Source of the DNA: Eledone cirrhosa
Taxonomy: Eukaryota
Reading direction: 5' to 3'
DNA length: 64,000 nt
Assembly: GCA_964016885.1 (NCBI GenBank)
Contig: OZ024745.1
Span: 80,290,001-80,354,000, forward strand
Shown here: in pieces, positions 59,446-64,000 of the stretch
Position numbering within the stretch: position 1 is the first letter of the stretch
Layout: each line of letters begins with the position of its first letter
The notes under the pieces: model-generated
Databases searched by the model: none
What the model saw: the letters and a program-made list of their open reading frames with translations, nothing else
Told to the model about the DNA's origin: nothing
Position numbers and translations under genes: made by a program

Positions 59446-60589
59446 CTCTATATCTTGCATTTTTTATAACCAAAATAGAATGCCTCATCTCAAATATAAG
59501 TTACTTGCTGCTAAAAATTGCATCAATGTCATTTGGACAAATGAATGCCTATATATAATGATAAATTGATCAGTTATCAATATCAACTGGGCTCTCAAAC
59601 AAATGATTGGCAATATCAAGTGTATCCTTATTGAGAAATATACTCCAACATTTATTAAATTCAGACTGAAAACTATGAAGGTTGGTAGGAGCTGAGAAAA
59701 TGAACACAGAAGCTGAAATATGTCTGTGAGGGAAAACATTGGAACAGAATTATTTTAGATAGAGAGGCAGAAATAAAGAACTACTATAGCAACATGTTAC
59801 TTAATGCCTGGTACAGTACCTACTCTAATCACAGAATTAACCAGTGACTTGTAAAAGTTTATTCCCTAAAATTTCCCTGCTCTATTCTATACTACAAATA
59901 TTTATCACTGTCACTCTTAGTTCAAGGATTGCCTTTCTAGGCACTAATCTAACTGCAATCAGTTGCACATCAGTCTCAAGAAAATTAATTAACAATAACA
60001 AAAGAACTATTCCATTCTTCAGTTAGTTTTGGTTTCTAAAATTCTCCAGAAAGATTGGGGAAATTTCCTTTAAAAATTACTATACAAAAATCTGTATTTT
60101 CAAAAATACAATTTATAAATGACTCATTGTTTAATATCTAAAGAAGAGTAGCGAACTGCAGAAAATGTCAAGAAATTACAAGTCTTTTTTAGTTTCATAT
60201 ATTAAGAAAAGAACACAAAAATATATATATTTTTTTTAATGATGCAGCATGACTGATTGGTTAATGAGTTTGTGTCACAAGTATCATTTTCCATAGCCTT
60301 GTAAGTGAAATTAGGTAACCCTGCAATGGACTGGTGTCCTGTCCAGTGGAAAGTCTTGTACTCTCAGTCGCTTTATACCACAAAACTGGGGTAAGCACCA
60401 TCCTGACAAGCCTCCTAGCTTCAGACAGACTTTAGACTAGACTGAAACACTGAAACACTTATTCTACATTTATAAAAACTATTGGACAAAATTGTAGCAA
60501 TGTGGAAATATTTCTAACATTTGATTAAAATTAAAATGAAATGAAGGCTTCAGGAATAAAAGGGATTTTACTGCTAGTATTAAAAGGTA

Positions 60590-61145
60590 GACTTTGTATG
60601 TAGATGTACAGGGATAGTTGATAGTAAGAGCAGCAGGGAAATGGCCTTTTTCAAATCCCAGGAAGGATCCATGGAAGTGATTGATAGCTTTTGCTACCTA
60701 GGTGATCTAATTCACAATGGAGGTGGTTGCCCTGGGAGCATAATACCCAAAATAAGAACAAGATGGAAAGATTTCTACCTCTGTTGACAACAAAAGATTT
60801 CTACAAATGAAAGACCTGCTGCATGATGCCTGTGTGTGATGTGCAATGTTGCATGATAGTAAGACATAAGCAAGTGACTGCAGAGGATATGCAAAGGCGG
60901 AAGAGAGCATGCTTCAATGGATGTGCAATGTCAATATGCGTGAACAACAAAGCATGGATGAACTGAGAGAAAAGCTGGGTATAAGAGGAATCAGATGTAG
61001 TGTGCAGGAGAGAATACTGCACAGGTATGGACATTTGATGTGAACGGATGATGCTTGCTAGGTGAAGAAGTGCCAAGAAATCCCAGTGGAAGGAAGTCGC
61101 AGTAAAGGAAGACCTGGATGGAAGTGGTGAGAGCTGATCTCAAAT
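60590..61145 (+). mobile_element. Degenerate RTE (family C-like) fragment
   Basis: Decayed DSFCYLGD, YDACV, WMCNVN, WYGH and GRPRKTW coding remnants. Confidence 0.7.
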
Positions 61146-61624
61146 TTCTCGTTTGTAGAAAGTTAAATATAGGCTGAAGTTCTATCTTCAAATCGTTGTT
61201 AAAAAAACACACAACAAAATTAATATTTTGGGGATATTTTTAGCAACTCTATCTAAACCCTGTGTGAATTTCGTATATCTAAAGATATACGGTATGTTTA
61301 ATAAATAAACGTTTTGAAAGCCTCAGCTATGAATAGAAAACTGACAGTAGTGGTGTCAAGCGGGGTCCAGCAGAATCAAGGGGGACACTTGTCTATGCAT
61401 TTTGAACTTAAATGGTTCTCATCAGGACAATGCTTCCCTCTTCCTACTGCTGGACTTTGAGACAGGCGAAAATATATAATTTTTTCACCTGTGTAAATGG
61501 GCTGATTGGTTTCATTTGCATACAAAGCTGCATAAGTTGGCTCAACATAAAAGAAAATTAGAATTTAGCTTTGACATAGCTGTATACAAATATGTATGTG
61601 AATTTCATATATACACGCACACAC

Positions 61625-62502
61625 CATCATCATCACCGTTTTACGTCCGTTCTTCCATGCTAGCATGGGTTAGACGGGTTGTCCTATTGTGGGCAGTGTC
61701 CAGTCGGCTGACCATGTCTTGCTCATACTGGAACTGATTTTGGCTTGATTTCTACAGCTGTATGCCCTTCCTAACACCAACCTCATTTACAGTGAGTGCT
61801 GGATGCTTTTTTTCCGTGGCGCCTACACTTCCACTTTACAGTGTGGGCTGGGTGCTTTTTTGCCGTGGCACCTCCACGACCACTTTGCAGGGGTGCATAT
61901 TGTCTATATGGTTCAGTGTGATGCGCATGAAAGATGACAGCTGTATAAAAAGTGCAGGGCAATCAAAATTGATGGAAGTTATGGAGTAGGTAGACCCAGA
62001 AAAACCTGGGACATGATAAAATCCGACCTTGCACACTTACACCTCTCTAAGACAATGTCACTGGATCGAGACCCTTGGCGCTACGCAGTAATAAAAAAGA
62101 CCCGCCTTCCCTAAGTACAAAATTAAACCTATAGTCAGTAGGCACCTCTTAACCAAATATACACCCCTACTCCATCCTCCCACTCCCACCAACACCATCC
62201 TTTCTCTGTAAAGTTAAGTTGGTACCACAGAACATCCAGTCTAAACTAAAGCGGTCGTGTAGATGTCACGACAAAAAAGCACCGTTCATGCTGTAAAGTG
62301 GTCCTGTAGAAGAAACGGTAAAAAGGCTCCCAGTCCACACTGTAAATGTGGTTGGTGTTAGCCATAGAAAACCTGCCAGATAGTCCTATACGAGTGAGAC
62401 ACGGTCACCCGATCAATCTTGCCTCAAGTGGGACAATTCCCATCTAACCCATGCTAGCATGGAAGATAGACGTTAAACAATGGTGATGATGATGATGATG
62501 AT
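61625..62502. mobile_element. Head-to-head fusion: family B 3' UTR (-, 61625-61915) and family A 3' end (+, 61916-62502)
   Basis: (CAT)n at the left end, (GAT)n at the right end; abrupt switch at ttcagt|gtgatgcgcatg. Confidence 0.8.
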
Positions 62503-63154
62503 ATATCCATGTCCACATATATATATATATATCATCATTCCCTGTCTCTACCTGTGGCAGATTTCATACTAACATGACTTCCAAAGTTTACTATATTGTG
62601 TGTTGTCATTTAGTTCATATAGATTTAGACCAGACGATTTATAGACATTGTCTTGCAAATGCCTCAGTGACCTACCTCTATTCCTTTTACCCTGAATCAT
62701 ACTCTTTGTTAGAATACGTTTTAGAAATACCTTTTTGTAAACGTTTTACATGACCAAAGAGCTTCAGGACTACATATTCCTATAATTCACATTATAGGAA
62801 TTAGTTTAGCAGCTTCTAGTAGATCCACAATTTTTATATGAAGTAGTTTGTGGTTTGTCATGAACCTCATTTTAAACGGTGATGATGATGATGATATATA
62901 TATAAATATATATACTTCTGCTCCTAACATTAAATTTTAGTAGAGCTGCTTCTTTTTAGACCAAACGCACTGCTATTTCTAGCATTCCCGTTGGTCTGCC
63001 TGTACCCGCATATTATTATTATGTTCAGATCCGCTTTTGAATCTATAGGGACTAGTCATCTATAATACCTTTAGTAAGATGAATTTCTACTGATAATTGA
63101 GTGTTTCATCTTAGGGGTCCTTCTATTTACCATTTCTATTGTGCTCATGAACAG

Positions 63155-63188
63155 TTGTCTGGAAATTTTAGAATTTTACCATTCTTAA
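63155..63188 (+). other. Candidate micro-exon (34 nt)
   Basis: aacag| LSGNFRILPFL |gtaagt; weak acceptor. Confidence 0.25.
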
Positions 63189-63284
63189 GTAAGTTTTTTT
63201 TACTTCCCAGCCTGTATATATATATTTATTTAAGAGCACTGGGAGTTCATAAAAAATAACCTACTAAAAGCGACAGACAAGATC

Positions 63285-64000
63285 TGAGGTTGGGGAAATA
63301 CTACAGAGAGAAGGAGAGTGACTTGGTGGTGGAGCAATAAGGTAGGTAAAGCAATTAAGGCCAAGAGACAGGCATGGAAACAATGGAAGAACGGGGGGAG
63401 CAGGATACATTACATAGAGACCAGGAGGGAAGCTAGGCGACAAGTATACTTCTGTATGCAGATGAACTTACGCTCATAGTTGAATCTATGGTGGAACTAA
63501 AGAAATTCCATACATGGAAGCAAGGCCTAGAAAGAAGGGGTCTTAAAGTCAACCTGACAAAGACTGAGGTAAGTAGAAGAGAAAACTGAACCCAGATCCC
63601 CTCAGGGAAAGGGCCTTGTTCAGTATGTAGGAAAGGCATTGGTAGAAACTCCATCCTCTGCCCAATATACAAACTGTGGGTACGCAAGAGATGTAGTGAG
63701 ATATTTAGCTAAGAACGTAGGCTTTACATGTAGCAGTTGCACTGGAAGAGTACGCAGCAAACGCCCACTACCAAATTCTCGGAGGGCTCTGTAGAAACAG
63801 TTGACAACTTCTGTTACTTAGGTGACTGAATCAGCAGCGGTGGTGGGTGTTCTGAAAGTACAGTAGCCAGAATAAGAACGGGATAGAGGAAGTTCAGGGA
63901 GCTACTACCAGTGGTGGCTACAAAAGGCTTCTCCTTCAGAAGGAAAGGCAGACTGTATGATGCGTGCATACAAACAGCTATATTGCATGGTAGTGAGGCT
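63285..64000 (+). mobile_element. Degenerate RTE (A/B-like) with internal deletion, runs off the window
   Basis: VTWWW..REARRQVY joined to LYADE..PHD..HGSE remnants. Confidence 0.8.

Overview
Eukaryotic (animal, probably invertebrate; a cephalopod-like repeat landscape is my impression only) repeat-dense DNA with no prokaryotic genes. Positions ~1-53,500 are a nest of retroelements inserted in long, imperfect (TA)n arrays. It holds four RTE-clade LINE families (three with a PHD finger after the RT, one copy with a 950-aa uninterrupted ORF), two tRNA/CORE-type SINE families (one sharing its 3' tail with a LINE in the window), a near full-length but disrupted Penelope-like element (PLE; RT plus GIY-YIG, Naiad-like) and a second GIY-YIG fragment. 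The main signal not shown by the ORF track: most short non-coding islands between the TA arrays are PLE-type pseudo-LTR insertions (inverted or tandem ends) that carry type-I hammerhead ribozymes. I can fold about 11 sequence-unrelated families with complete cores by hand, plus about 4 partial ones. They include a U3-A8 core variant, a probable C4 variant, palindromic (dimer-type) stem III, and tandem ~530-555 nt retrozyme-like units with compensatory base changes. Positions ~53,500-64,000 are ordinary AT-rich DNA with old MITEs, SINE/LINE relics, minisatellites and three phase-compatible candidate micro-exons. All folds and family assignments were made by eye; boundaries are approximate.
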